Positions 25,961-39,229 of a stretch of DNA of 64,000 nucleotides are shown here, in pieces; the stretch's first letter is position 1; each line of letters begins with the position of its first letter. This DNA comes from Phoronis australis (taxonomy: Eukaryota > Animalia > Phoronida). A program made the position numbers and the translations under genes. Below the pieces are notes generated by a model that saw only the letters and a program-made list of their open reading frames with translations, had not been told where the DNA came from and made no database searches. Location: the NCBI GenBank assembly GCA_002633005.1, contig NMRA01000239.1, positions 396,288 to 460,287 on the forward strand, written 5' to 3'.

Positions 25961-28402
25961 CTGGCTCATAATGGGGACTTATTTGTGATGACTTTTCTTT
26001 TTATTGACTGACCATTTCTTGTTTTCCGTCGTTTGATTCTTTAACAATTTCGCAATCATTTTCCCACAGTGGTTGTTATCGTGTTCCTTATCATCAACGT
26101 CGTCCTCGTCATCAATCATCATGACCATCGCAATAACGTATGTTATTTCCGCTTAAATGTCACAGAGCAGCGAATATTGTGCGAGACATATGTCTCCAAA
26201 CCGTCTCGTCGTTGTCGCTATCGTCGATGCCAGCATCGTTCGTGGCAACGCTGACAAGATCACGTCGTCAGTGTTGGTGACATTGACTGTGTCGTCGTTA
26301 TCATAATTGTAATAGTAGTCATCGAGATCTGTGTATGCTTCGTTGGCAGTGTAGCAGAGGGCTCTGGCAATGCAGTTGGCAAAAGCAATTTAGTGGTGCA
26401 TTTTTATTGTCGAACGGTGTCGGCTTCGTTATCTTCAGGTGTGCTGTCATGAGGGCTTTGTTGGTCGTAGCATGGTTGCATTAGCATTGATGTCATTGTC
26501 ACTGGTGGTTTTGCCTGCGCTATTAGCTTCGACTACGTCGTTGGCATTGGTATTGTTGTCGGCTCGCGACTAATGTTGTCCGAATATGTCGCTTTTGTCG
26601 CGAACAGTGACATTTTCATCTTTATCATCGTGTCGGCGTCGTCATTGTCGCTGGTATCGACGTCGACGTCAGTGTCAATGTCAATGTCGACAACATTATC
26701 ATGGTTGTTCATGACGTCTTTGGTATCTTATTTGAGTTTCATAGCGTTGTCGTCGTGTTTAGTGTCGTTGCTTTCGTCTACGACCTTATTTGACAAGATA
26801 TCGCTACTCAGAGCGCTTTCACTGTATGCCGTCACGGTTTGTTACAATTACATGTACAACGTTTTCCAGCTGCACTCCAACCAATTTAATTTCCGTTAAC
26901 CAGACATTAATAGTTGATATTTCCCTAGTCATATCTCTGTATTCGCCCCAATTAAGTTTCATAACAAAAACCATTGAGCAGCTGACATAGCCTTTTAAGG
27001 AAGTTGGTGTCACGTTCTTGACTACTTCAACTTGAGAAAAATAGGTGTCTTGTACGTGCAGCGCATAATGACTATGAATAATAGCGAACTCTACTCAAGT
27101 AAATTTCACCTGCTTACACACTGTGAATTTTTCCGATAACTATTACAATTGAACTGTGTTGCTGGGCTTCGTGTTTGAACCGTAAAGTCGCTTGGCGGGT
27201 GAAGTGAGCTCAAGAGTAAAGCGGCACCTGACGGTCACTACTGGTTCAATAGCCAAAGAAGTCGAGGGTCAATGGCTTTGCAGATTTTTTGAAAATAAAA
27301 ACAAAACAAAAGAAAAATAAATTTCCGTAAGGAAATAGAGTTGTTTCCCACGAAAAAGCTCCGAGCAACTGTTGAGTTGTTGTTCGAGATAAATTCAGTG
27401 AATACTTTCACCTTTGTCAATCACGACAATATAAATTATAGGTATTGGAGCAGGACGTAAAAAAGTGTTTTAATTTTCAATTTGGCATGAACGAGGAGGT
27501 AGCTCTAGTCTACGTTTGATGTCATAAACTGATCAAACTTTTCTGCTTAATGTGCGTCTCCGTTACAATGGAAAAACGCAAAAATGGTAAATACTAAATG
27601 AAAACCGCCATAATTTTAGAATGGAATGAGTTACAGACACGATTTTCGAAACATTCGATAGCACATTCACGCCCTGTCACAATTGAAAATAAATCGAATT
27701 TTAGTTTTACAAATATTTTAAAACGTCATTTTAATGAGGAGCAGTGGGAACATTTTAAACACGATTTCGGTTGCCTTGGTAATAATATTTGCCAGTAGTT
27801 TTTTTGCGCAAAATGGTATTTTTTCGTAACAATCAGTAAAAATAAACAACATACACAAACTACAAGATTGTGAAAACAATGTAATGAAAATTACAGTATT
27901 TTCTTTCTTTCTTTTAACGTCACTTAGATACCTCAAGTTGTAATTTCTGATAAAAGTGATAACTTTATTAATGTTTGTCTGGTTCCTGATTATCAAAGAT
28001 TTAAAAAAAAAATTGTTCACATGCTTTCAAATAAGTTTACCGTTTACAGGATACAATCTATAAATGAGTTAGATTTTTTATTTCAATTAATAAACATTTG
28101 ATGAGAGATTGTTTACGTGAAGAGATGCCGTCCCCATTCTTCGACGAATACAGTCATAAAACCCATGTTGGAAAATATTATTTTTAAAGAACCCGGAAAC
28201 TTGCTCGGTGTTTTAGGTAACCAATCCGAATTTTTGTGACATGAAAGGCATTTCAAGACATTTTTCAAAACTCTTACATTTCAGTTTATTTTCAGAATTA
28301 TTACAAGTGAGAAATATGAACATTTCGGGAACATTTCGAAAAAAATTGAAATTGCGCGGAGTATAGGGGCTCCGGTCTTTCAATGCTATCGTGTAAACCT
28401 AC

Positions 28403-28734
28403 CTTTGTCGCCATATTATGTTTCTTTTGCGCTCGGTTGAAACTCGAATCGTTCCCGTTTCTCTTTCCAGACAAAAATTTACTCCTTTTGATTGTCCTGC
28501 GAATTACTCTTATATAGCAGAATGTAGTCACCGAAACTGGTATCACGAAAACACCACCAAACAAGCTAAGGACGTATGGCTTGCTGAGTTTGGTCCACTC
28601 CAGGCAGCATGCTGTGCCAAACGGTTCGTTGCCATAGGAATGGGTGAGGAATAGGCCCGATGCCGCCCAGGAGCACGAATATAATATTATGGTCACCATG
28701 CAGACAACTTTGTGGTAGAATGCAATGTTTTTAT
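28403..28734 (-). CDS. opn5: Neuropsin (Opn5-like) exon: ICL2, TM4, ECL2, TM5, ICL3
   Basis: tttcag|...AAG|gtaggt, phase 1-0; contains YGNEPFGTACCLEW (E181, C187, C188) and FVIPVSVTTFCY, ends ...MATK. Confidence 0.92.
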
Positions 28735-30959
28735 CTGAAAATAAAAACACACGTCATTGTAAGTTAAACAGGCCCATAAGGGGAACAATTTTTGAAATAA
28801 AAAAGCGCGCGAGAAAGCGCAGCTCACACAATACACGCTCACGCATACGTGTACGCGATGCCTTGGACGAATGTGACGTCACCAGTGTTGAAAGCATAAC
28901 TTCATTCTTATATAAACAACAAACTGTTACGGACTGACAATTATTGTCGAACCAATATTCACGTTATTGGTCTTTTCTGCAAGTAGACCTTCAGCTGCAA
29001 CTTGGTGTTCCTTTTTTTAAGTTGAAGATTGTTAACGTTGAACATAGGGCGACGTGTCTTTTTCTGATTATTTTTATGTCGCCATTAATTCCATAATGCC
29101 ACTAAATCCAAACGGCACATGACTGTCACTGCTACAGAGATTTCATCAAGTATATATTCAACAAACTTGTGTATACATTAACCTTTAGTGACAGCGAGAA
29201 TAATTAGCGGGATCGTGTTAGCATTTTTGTAACATACGTTTTGTATCTACTACCATATACGTAGCTATATTACCAAGTAGAGTGATATACCCAAAGTCAC
29301 ATACATGTACCTCCCTATCGGTACCACTTCACTACCAGGCCATCAGCAGAGTCGCACCCTTCTCGCTGACTTTGCACTTCGGGGGCAAACCCTGAGGCAT
29401 CCACCAGAAACTTGGGAAGGGAGACAGTGCGAAGCTAAAGGAAGCGGTCCAATCCCGGACAACTCAATCATCGATGTAAACAACATGAACTACTCTCGTG
29501 AAACCCCCCCCTCCCATACTTCACGCGACGTATTTATTATGCTTTGGCCAAAGCTATCTATCACTGGAAATGAACAAAAAATATCCGATTTTTGTGGCTG
29601 TAGCTAGTGACAATGTTTAAGGTAGTTTGTTAGGCTGTGGCTTCCTAGCTCTCATTTTAACTGGGAGACCTCCCTTAAAGCTAACTACATCACGTGAAGT
29701 ATGTGTTGACGAAACTGACAGTCGGGTAACACAGGATTGAAAACTTAGTTCATTGACATCACCATTTCTGAGTTATTACTATGCAGGATACAATGTCAAA
29801 AAGCTAAGAAATTGAATGAAATGACGCCAAACTATGTGTTTATAATGAGGCAGCTACTGTGGATATAGTCCTCAGAGATGCACAGCGACTGCAGTTGAAC
29901 AAATGTACACGCATTGATAGGCAGCATTAGACAACCGAAAGTTTACTGGCTACAAAATACCACTACTTTTCTCGAAATATCAGGTATCCAGTTTTTTTAA
30001 GATTATGCCAAACTCTAGAAAAATGGCCAAATTTGGTTAAGTTCTAAACAGCGTCTTTCATAAATGGCTGATCAGATTTATTTGAGACTTTCAGATATTA
30101 CGCTTTGTACACTGTTCCCCAAAACGCGGTTAGGAGTAATGTTCCACTTTTGTATGAGGATTTTGTGTTTCTATGAAAGAAATAAAAGTTGGTCGATAAA
30201 ACAAAAACGAAGCGACGATAATTTAAAGAAATGAAACAGTATTTTTGAGATTTAAATTAAACAGAAATTGATCACCGTATTGATACCATTGTTTAGATAT
30301 GACAGATAATGACTGTCAGAAATGTGACAATAAAATCAAACGTGGTGATTGCCGATAACAGTGGACAGGCTTACTGTCTACAATTAGTGCGCCACCTGTC
30401 CGCCAACTCTAGGCACTCCTCATGAATGGTGCTGTCTGTGGGCAATGAGTTCAAAGGTCTTCACAATAATGGAAACGAACAGGTGATGGATATGGCGAAA
30501 GGTACTGTGTCGCACTGCCCATCACGTTTCACACGAGTTTATTTCGGAAAAGATACCAAAGGTCAAACTACTCCGGCATTCACCCAGGGCCACAGGTCGG
30601 TGCTTATAAAAATGACCAGTATGATTGTAGGGTTTATCGACTGAGAAATCGCTGATTGTATGGAACCGTAAGAGTAAAGAGTCTTGCTTGATGAACAATA
30701 ATAACAAAATGAAAATGAAGGACTGAAATTAAGCATTATTTGATAGCTACAACTCTCGATCAAAACTCAGTCGAGCAGGCAGCTGAAATTTCTCAGTGCA
30801 AACTCTCGCGTCTAGTCTCGGGGTCGCAAGCTCTCATAACAGAATACATAGGTCACCTGCGGGAGTTGGCACTCCAGGGCTAACTAAGACGACTGTCAAT
30901 ATCTATAAATGGATAAAACTTTTAACGTAACACAATCCTCGGAAATCAAGATCCTCTTC

Positions 30960-32659
30960 ATTTCCTGGCGGAGGGTAGAAGGCTGTAATGCAGACTTATG
31001 CACAGGCCGACATAACAACTCGGACAGTTCGTGCTAAGTGTCCATCGATGAAACTGTTTGTAAGTAACGTGCCGCATGTGTTGATCAAAGGGTCCGTCGT
31101 AACCATCCGGATACTGTCTTTTGTACTTCAGCCTTGCCCTCTCCAAACATCACGTATGATGCATACCGGTTTAAAACATCTATGCTCCACGATGAACTTT
31201 TTTCTTTCATTCCAGTTGTCACGCTTCACTTCTTCAAGCTTTGCCACAACTTCTTGGTAGCGTTCTCGTTCTGCAACATGCGGGGTCGTCTGGCAGCAGC
31301 CAGAGGTGCACCTGCAAGATGTGTCACAATGAAATTACATTACTTCAGCAAACATCAAAATTTTCAATCGCAAAATTCACCAATTTACGAATTGCGCCTC
31401 GGCAAGTGTTGTTTGAGGGGCTGCATACGCCTTCAGTTTTCAAGTGGTTGCTAAAGCTCCTCTTGAGCGGCACCCGTTTAGAACTGAACAAAAATCAAAT
31501 CTGTTACTAAAAACAAACTTTAGAGCACCATAAGCTATTTACTTTTCATACAAATTGATCATAAATAGTAAATATGTTTACTTTTCATATAAATGAATAG
31601 TGCTACATCACAGGCAGTAGTAAATCATGTCTCGACAAATACAGGAATGGAATTCATTGATCGATTTTTTAACCTAACTCTTAGACAGAAGGCTGTTGCC
31701 CTAATTCAATGATGGAGGGAACAGTTTTGTCACTACTCGTGAGGCATGTACTCCCAACCTGAACCCTATCGTCAACCACGTGCCACTAATCAAACTAGAC
31801 AATACCGATAGGGCGAACCCCCTTGGAAAGCACTGTTGCCATTGAAGGGGTTAGTTACATTTTAAACATTAAAAAAATACTCCATGTGCTAGATGAGCAA
31901 TCGCCAAACCAATGGAACGCCGTCTATGGAAACTTTACCGGTCGGTTCCTGCTCAAGTCGACTTGTACCCAGGTCAAGTATCATTATTTTCATTTAATAA
32001 ATAACGGGCAACATCGAGTCAATTTACATAAACATGACATTATTGTCTTGATTTCAGTCACTGCTTTGAAAAATAAAACTTTTTGGAACACGGGTACGAG
32101 TTGACTTGGGCAGGAGGTGACCTGTTCCCTCTGGAATTACCCGCCCGAGTGTGGAAGTCTTAATAAAACCGCAGTACAATTAACCAGAGACCAAACATTT
32201 TTGGAGTGATTTTCTAATGTGCAAATAATAGTTCATACCCACAGATGTTTATCACTAAAGCGCTGGTGATTTAATCTCGGGTGAAACACGACTCAGGAGT
32301 GGATGACGGCGCCTGTGACTGACCGGCAAGGGTATTGAATATTGAATTGAAAAATACTAAGTAAAATTTTGTAGGATACGTGTTAAGCAATATTCTTACC
32401 AGTCTCTAACGTCCTGCCGTGACTTCTGCATACCTTCTGCTTGGGCATGTCCTGTCGAAGAACCTTCTGGGGCTGCGACCGGAACAAGGGGAGAACGGCT
32501 AGACTATAGAACAATTGTGACTAACAGTAATTGTTCCTATTGAATATATCGTGTCCTCCTCAACGAATAAATGGTCGGAACCATACAAAAATTTGCATGT
32601 GTACCCCTGTACTGTTCAAAGTATTCTTCACCAACACTGCTGTGTTTACTTGATGCCAT
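30960..32659 (-). pseudogene. Decayed two-exon P2X7-ballast/KolX-like Cys-rich gene, probably transposon-borne
   Basis: Exon ending ...QKSRQDVRD-TG|gtaaga (32400) joins ttgcag|G-TGC (31311), giving DWCTSGCCQTTP..E; then EHRCFKPVCIIRDV, frameshift, MRHVTYKQFHRW...PSC; stops/frameshifts present. Confidence 0.65.
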
Positions 32660-33233
32660 ATTTGTTCTTTGTGTTCCCCTACACTACGTCACAGATGTAA
32701 AACAAAACATGGCGTCGTGTAATGCTACTAATGTTAAAAGTACAGGAACCACACTGTTGTTCAGAGTGGCTTGAGACATGAAAATTTCACTTTAAGCCTT
32801 ATCCACTCATGAAAGCTTTCAACAGAAAATGTTAGTTAACAACGAACGATTTCCCTGATCTTAGTTTGCGGCTAACCAAGGCAACCGAGCTTTAATTAAT
32901 CACGGTTTACTAAGACAGCAATTGCCAGGTGGTGACGACTCTTGCTGAAACTGAACAAAAACCACAATTTCCAGCGGCGCAAATCAGCAGATGGACTAAC
33001 GATCCAGCGGTTAGGCACAGCTGTGAGTGCATTGTACGGCGGCTTGTTCATGGCGTCATACTTCCTGTTTGAAGAGTGAACTACCTTTTCTGATTTCGTT
33101 CTCATGAAGGCGCTGCGCCGTCAGATACAGTCCTCAGTTCGCGTTAGCGACCGTGAACAGTAACAACACGGAATCAAATCGATTCTATCTCGAATTGTTC
33201 CGGTAAAAAGTAATTCCCTTGGCATTGCAACAG

Positions 33234-33380
33234 AGTAGAGTTCAGTAACGCTAAGACGTCGCTAAAAAGCAAGACTTCGCGAGGTAACGAGATATTCCTG
33301 TGTTTTAAATGAGATCACGTGATCTTGGCTAAATTTTAGCGAGGTTCTAGCGTAAGTCCTAGCTTTACTGAAACTTACCC
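33234..33380 (+). mobile_element. MITE family A copy
   Basis: GTAGAGTTCAGTAACGCTA...TACTGAAACTTACCC with the shared core. Confidence 0.8.
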
Positions 33381-35012
33381 TTTTTAATCGAGGTACAGGA
33401 AGTTCACTCACTATTAACTATCATTGTGTGATGAGTTCAATAGGCCCTGGGTGGAGAAAACACACGAGTGGTCAATGCCTACATACAGCACACCGACCAG
33501 GATTGTCCATTGTTTATTACGACTGCCTATATTGTTTTTGAATTTTTTTACGAATTTTGCAAAAATGAACTAATATGAGATATCGTGGGAATTCACGCCG
33601 TTACTGGTGATGTTGTCTCGGTTACCTTCCCGGTATAGACCCACATGCATCACGATTCAGTTTATTGTTACTAGAAAAATTAACGCCACTAATTGGCTGG
33701 ATTAATTACATTCCATTATTTAAAGCGGACAATCAATTTCGTGATTTTCAGAAATCATTAGATGAAGTATATCATACATTATACTGAATAAAAATATACA
33801 TATTAAAATTGTATATTTCGTAGTCCATACTATCTGTTGGAAAGAAATTACTTTTAGTGTACTTGAATAGTGGCTGAATATTTGATTTTATATTTGAGTA
33901 TTGGCACAGTTATTTTTAAATTTTTCTGTTAATTTCAAATTCTGTAAAATAGGAAAATTTGTAGTAGCAGTCTAATGACTCTTTAAATCAGTAAAAAAAC
34001 TGGGGGAAATATTGTAATTTCATAGCCACATCTGGAGTAGTTGTGAAATACGTGCGCTGAGGTCTGTCACTGACTAAAGACTTAAACAGAAATTTGGTCT
34101 TTCGCTTACACAACCACTTGTGAATAATAATTAAATCCCATTCGAGCAGAAGCGCAAAGTCTCTGAGAATATACAAGTAGATACTGAGATAATTTCTACA
34201 AATTATTGATAGACCGTGATACTTGGCTGAATCTTTATTGAGCAATTTGTGAGGTGGGAGGGTAAAACCACATTTCTGTTTCAAGTCTAAGCCACATTCG
34301 TGGAACGGATGGTCCAGTTTCAGTTAAACACTTTGCAAATTAATACAGTTGTCGCGACCTTCAGCGACTTTACAGTAATTATAGTGACTTGAAACGGATA
34401 AATTTAGCACAAAATTCTCAAGAATTTTGTAACTTTCTCAATATAATGTCATATATCAGTCAAGCGATGTGAACTAGTTTTGCTAATATATAACCAACAT
34501 TTGTTGACAACGTCTTTGTTTTGATGAAAAAGGCTGCCAAGCACGACCACCTAATGTGTAGAGGGCTATGGTTGACACGGTAAACAGGACTTGAATGTCG
34601 TCCACACACAGACTTACATTAGAACAAGTCACTCCTGGAACGAATTATCCGAGGTTTGAGTGCTGTGTAGACGCTATTTAAACCAGTGCAGCTTGCCCCA
34701 CTGGTGACAACTTATTCCACCTTATCGATCGAGATAGGTAACTTACGCCACTTCTAATTCCTGTGTGGAAGCAAACCTTGTGGAAGTAATTATCAGCTGC
34801 GCTTACACACAGACGGTTTTTCTCTTGCGCAGTGTATTCACATTAGCTTTTCATAGCCACACAAAGAACGACAACTTCCGTCTTACCCCTAGTTATCGTA
34901 TATGTTGTGGACGCTTTACTAAAAGTGGATGTTCTAGGTTAGGCTGTGTGTGGACATCTCAAAAACTGGCGATATGAATCACGTAAAACACCTCTCTTGG
35001 TTATTATAATAT

Positions 35013-35480
35013 TTAAGGTTATGCAGGACCTAATCCTCAAGTTTGTGTATTTTGGCCACAATCTACAGAACTGTAGATGTTAACCCTGTAAAAATATATA
35101 TTTTGTGAAAGTAAAGTGCTTGTAGAAGTTGATTACTGACTTCCAATCTGCCATTAAATGGGTCACATACATGTAATATGCACGTGTTTGTAATATACTT
35201 AAGCTAAAAAGTTTGAGATAGCTTGACATATATGTTGAAGTCGAAACCTCAAACACGCTGTTACAAGTTTTCACGAATATCATTTAGATGCAGATTTTGA
35301 GTTTTTTTCTTAAAAATCACAAAAGCACCATCATGCAAAAGTGGAACATCTCAAAATTGCTTTGCAAGTATTTTATAGAACTGCACATAAAGCATGGCAT
35401 CTAAGTTTCACTTTAAATTTGAGCAACCATTTCAACGATATTCTCCGAAGTTTGGAATTTTTCTAAGACCCTACATGATC
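35013..35480 (+). mobile_element. TTAA-flanked DNA transposon end (Kolobok-like), copy 2
   Basis: Starts TTAAGGTTATGCAGGAC, collinear with 16679-17190. Confidence 0.6.
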
Positions 35481-38400
35481 GTTTAACCAGTGACGTCATG
35501 CCAAATAGGACAGGGAACAGCATGATTTTTACTGCGTACCCGCAACCAATTACGTCATTTTAATTAAAGTACTTTAAGTCACCAATTTTATCAAAAACCT
35601 TGAAAAACAACCCCGCCAGTCGATCAGCTAACACACTAGTATCCCCGCAGACGATAGCTGATGGTATGTAAATTAGCTGATCCCGAGTTATTAGCATTCA
35701 TAGTCGTTCTACATTACGTCATAAAGGAGAACAAATCAAAGCATTAGACATCCTCCATTATGTTTATAGAGAAAAGTTGGAAGAGTGCTGCGAGATTTCC
35801 CGTGATTTATAGTGAACTAAAGCATGATGAAGTGTTGCGTTTGTAGTGGTTGTGACAACTTCGTATTTAACCTAGCTCGTGGCTCTTTTCACTTCCAAGC
35901 GGGACATCCGAGAAGGAATTTTATATAGTTGGGAGATTCGGAGCTACAACTAGTTTTATGTGTTTTATTTGGCGCTGAACAGTTGAGCTGAGGTCGCGGT
36001 TGCACTGGATAGTTAGGCTGAGGCCACGGCCAATTGGCACCCCCAAAATATCAAAATATAGGGGTAGGCGAGGGTGGAGGGGGGAGGGGGGGGGCGGAGT
36101 TGTTAGGTAGGTGTTGCATGTAGGCTCAGTGAATCTGATTTGTTTGTATTTGTGAACGTGCTGGTAATGAGAAAAGACCAATTGCTCGGCTGTAGCTGCA
36201 CTCTTCTTCACTGAAGATGGCAGCCCCTTGTTGGATTTGTTGATTGCTGGGTAGCGATTAAGAATTGGCTGCGATTTCAGGTAGCCCTCGAATAAGCCAG
36301 AATTGGAAAAAATTAGCTGGTTGGCAGTACTTCGGACCACATTTTTGGATTCTGTAGCTGGAATCTAATGCTGGCTTATGTTGTGTGGTGGTTTTGGGGT
36401 GGAAAGTGTCGATTTTACCCACTTTTCTTATCCTACCTTGTTTTCAGTAAGATTAAAAGGGACAAAAATACTAGACTGAATAAAGTTTGTGTGTCCATCT
36501 GTAGAGCTTTTGATGTGAAATGACTCAAAACATGTCATTCTTTACCAAAAAAATTTTCAATTAAAAATCGCTTTTCCTCTTTTCCTCTTTTCCTCGGTTT
36601 TTAGGCTATTGAATTCACGGTTGCGGTGTACAATGCCATAAAGGAAAATTTAATGATGTTAACGATGTTGACACTTACAAAGTAGGGTGAATGGAGGTTT
36701 TAAGCATTTAAATAGATCGAGATACTTATTCAATTCTTGCACGGAATTATATGAATAACTTGCAGAAACCGAGACGGAGCTAGCGTTGGTCGTGCGACAC
36801 AGTCGGTTTCGTATCAGTTTCGGACTGATCAGTTCAACATTATTTCACCGACTTGAATCAAAACGAGGCCTGTTAGCCAAAGCACTAGGGACCATAGGTA
36901 ACACATCAACCTTAAAAACGTTTCACAACAAAAATAGTTTTACAAACTGAACTTCCAAATGCGAGCTTAGCGTTCTTGAAGCAACATGTTCGCTGGGTTC
37001 AATTTTCATGGTGTTGTTTGCAGCAGTTTGCCTGGCAGAAATGTTTGGGTTCGCACGGATGCTCGGAACTCGTTGCAAGGCAGGCATTTTCCTCACAAGA
37101 AAATATGATGCAAGCGGGAACCATTTTGAACAACCGCACGCAGCATTTCCTGGGACGTGTTGTAAATGTGTTGACTAAGTTCCTCTGCAGCTGACAGTGC
37201 GAGTTGGTACGGTTTCCGAAGCATCCTTGGTAATCCAATAAAAAAATTTCAGCTCCGGGTTATCCATTATATTAAATAAGTTAGAAATGGGGTGGCTCGA
37301 AAAATAGGGATTCATCTCCTACCCACACGGACTATTCAAAACGGGGCGATCGGGGAAGGGCTTGGTGGCAATCCATCAGGCTAAAAAGCTTCACAAAAAC
37401 GGCTCGCGATCGTACGAAATAGGAGTCTTTCTCCTCGTCACTTGGGTTCCTTAAAAGTCGCCGCAACCAGAGAGGGAAGCAGCAGGAAAATTGAAGCGAC
37501 CACTGGAAATGAAAACTGAGGTCCCCTCGTCGCCACCGGAGCATCTTAAATGTTTTGTCGATGGGGGCAGTTCAAAGCTTAGGTGGAAGGTGGCAGGTGT
37601 AATAGGCCAGACTTCGGCTTGGGGGCCTCGAGGAGGCCTTAGTCCAGCACTGGAACCATGGCACAAAGCCGCAACTTGCAGCGTCAGCTACAGACAAACC
37701 TCGCGTTGAATTCAACTTGGCAATAAACAGACTGAGGTAATCTGCTGATCCTACCTGTTCATAACCAAGCAAACAGGCGCAAGAAATGTGTTAGTCACGG
37801 AGCATAATGCGAGTTATTCTCGATTTTTTCACAACTGTCTACACTTTTGAGTGGATGAGGGTGTTCGAAATATCAAAGACTGACTGAGGAGTGCATGGGT
37901 AACATTATGATTACGTGGGACGAATAGGCAGCAGGAACTTTGCGAATATAGCCAGTGTCGGTGACCACTGCATATGGTAGACGCAAGAATCTACTCGCGA
38001 AAAGGCAAGACCACGTAAGTCTTCGCGAGATATTGTTCATAGTAACGTCACAAGCTTTACTGGCGAGATTCTTGTGTCTACGGAACACAGCCAGGTTTTT
38101 GGCACAGCCATCTTGTCCGTAACTTGGTAGTTCGATCTTCACCCCGTGCTTTTTCTTTTTGCGTTTATTACTTCAAGTCATACGCAATAAATAGCGCAAG
38201 CAAATACAACTACTCAAACAAAAGAAACAATTAGTTTTAAGCATTTAAATTGCATGATTTTAAAATATTCGACCACAGACTTGACACCAGTCGCTAATAC
38301 AAATTCGTCTGCCAAACGTGATACTTTGGTGAAGGACCTTCTTCCTGACAGAGAATAAACTAATGTTGCCCGTGTAGAGCTCCAATCATTGTCATAAACA

Positions 38401-38798
38401 ATGCTCATTCAATGACTTTGCTATAATAGACCAAGCAGAAACAACAAAGAGGCTTAAAATTCGTGAGGCTCTACACATCAATTGACCTATCGCCAGGATT
38501 TTGAGTGACTTCTTAACTGACCATTTAGAACGCACCATTATTGACACACCTTCGTTTGCAAGCCGCCTTTTTACCCGACAAACGCCACGTTGCCGGGTAA
38601 AACTTATTATTTAATAGTCGACATTACGCAAGGAGGTGGAGCTTGCGATAGGTCAATTGGTGCAAGACCAGTCTCAATAGGCAACTGGCACACCACAGGT
38701 TGCCATTGTTAGTATGGTCTATTTTTACTCCCCTGTAACTGACTGTGTCTGTGTTTCATTATTTCTTGTTGGGCCTAGCAAGGTGGTCACTGTTTTTT

Positions 38799-38838
38799 CT
38801 TCTGATGATGGTTTCAATAAACGCCGAAACATGTCAAG
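38799..38838 (+). ncRNA. Minimal type I hammerhead-ribozyme motif (Penelope-LTR type)
   Basis: CUU-CUGAUGA-uGGUUU-caau-AAACGCC-GAA-ACAUGU-C-AAG: both core boxes, hairpin II, palindromic helix III, GUC site at 38833-35, CUU/AAG stem I. Confidence 0.65.
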
Positions 38839-39229
38839 CCGGTTTAAATCCATCGTCGTTTTTATTACCATATGCTTCTACTTGCTATCATGAAGAGAAA
38901 AAAATTATCGCTTTTAAACGAAGAGTAAATAAAAATAATGTCATTTTTTAAATTGTTCAGCACGTGATGACATTGCTTTTCGTGACATATCACGATCCCA
39001 CAATGCATCACTTTGTTTGAAGTTATCAGATGATACGTCTTAATTGATTATTTTCCATTTTCCAATTATGGATCTTATGTTATGAACACGATATGTTAGT
39101 TGATTGCTTGGCTATAATTAATTCAAATTTAGTAGTCGTATTAACTGACCACAGTAATTGGTCTAGTGATATGCATGATTTGCTAGTGTAGACTCACTTT
39201 CAACCAACAACAACCTCGAAACGGAATTC

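Noticed and set aside
26573-26899. Hydrophobic Ser-rich 108-aa ORF as a membrane protein
   Set aside because: Translation of a low-complexity GTC/GTT repeat; no splice or domain support.
35921-37772. GC-richer stretch with several 60-140 aa ORFs and a G-run (36060-36098)
   Set aside because: No recognisable domain or consistent exon chain; probably decayed transposon sequence that I could not classify; G4 potential alone is uninformative.
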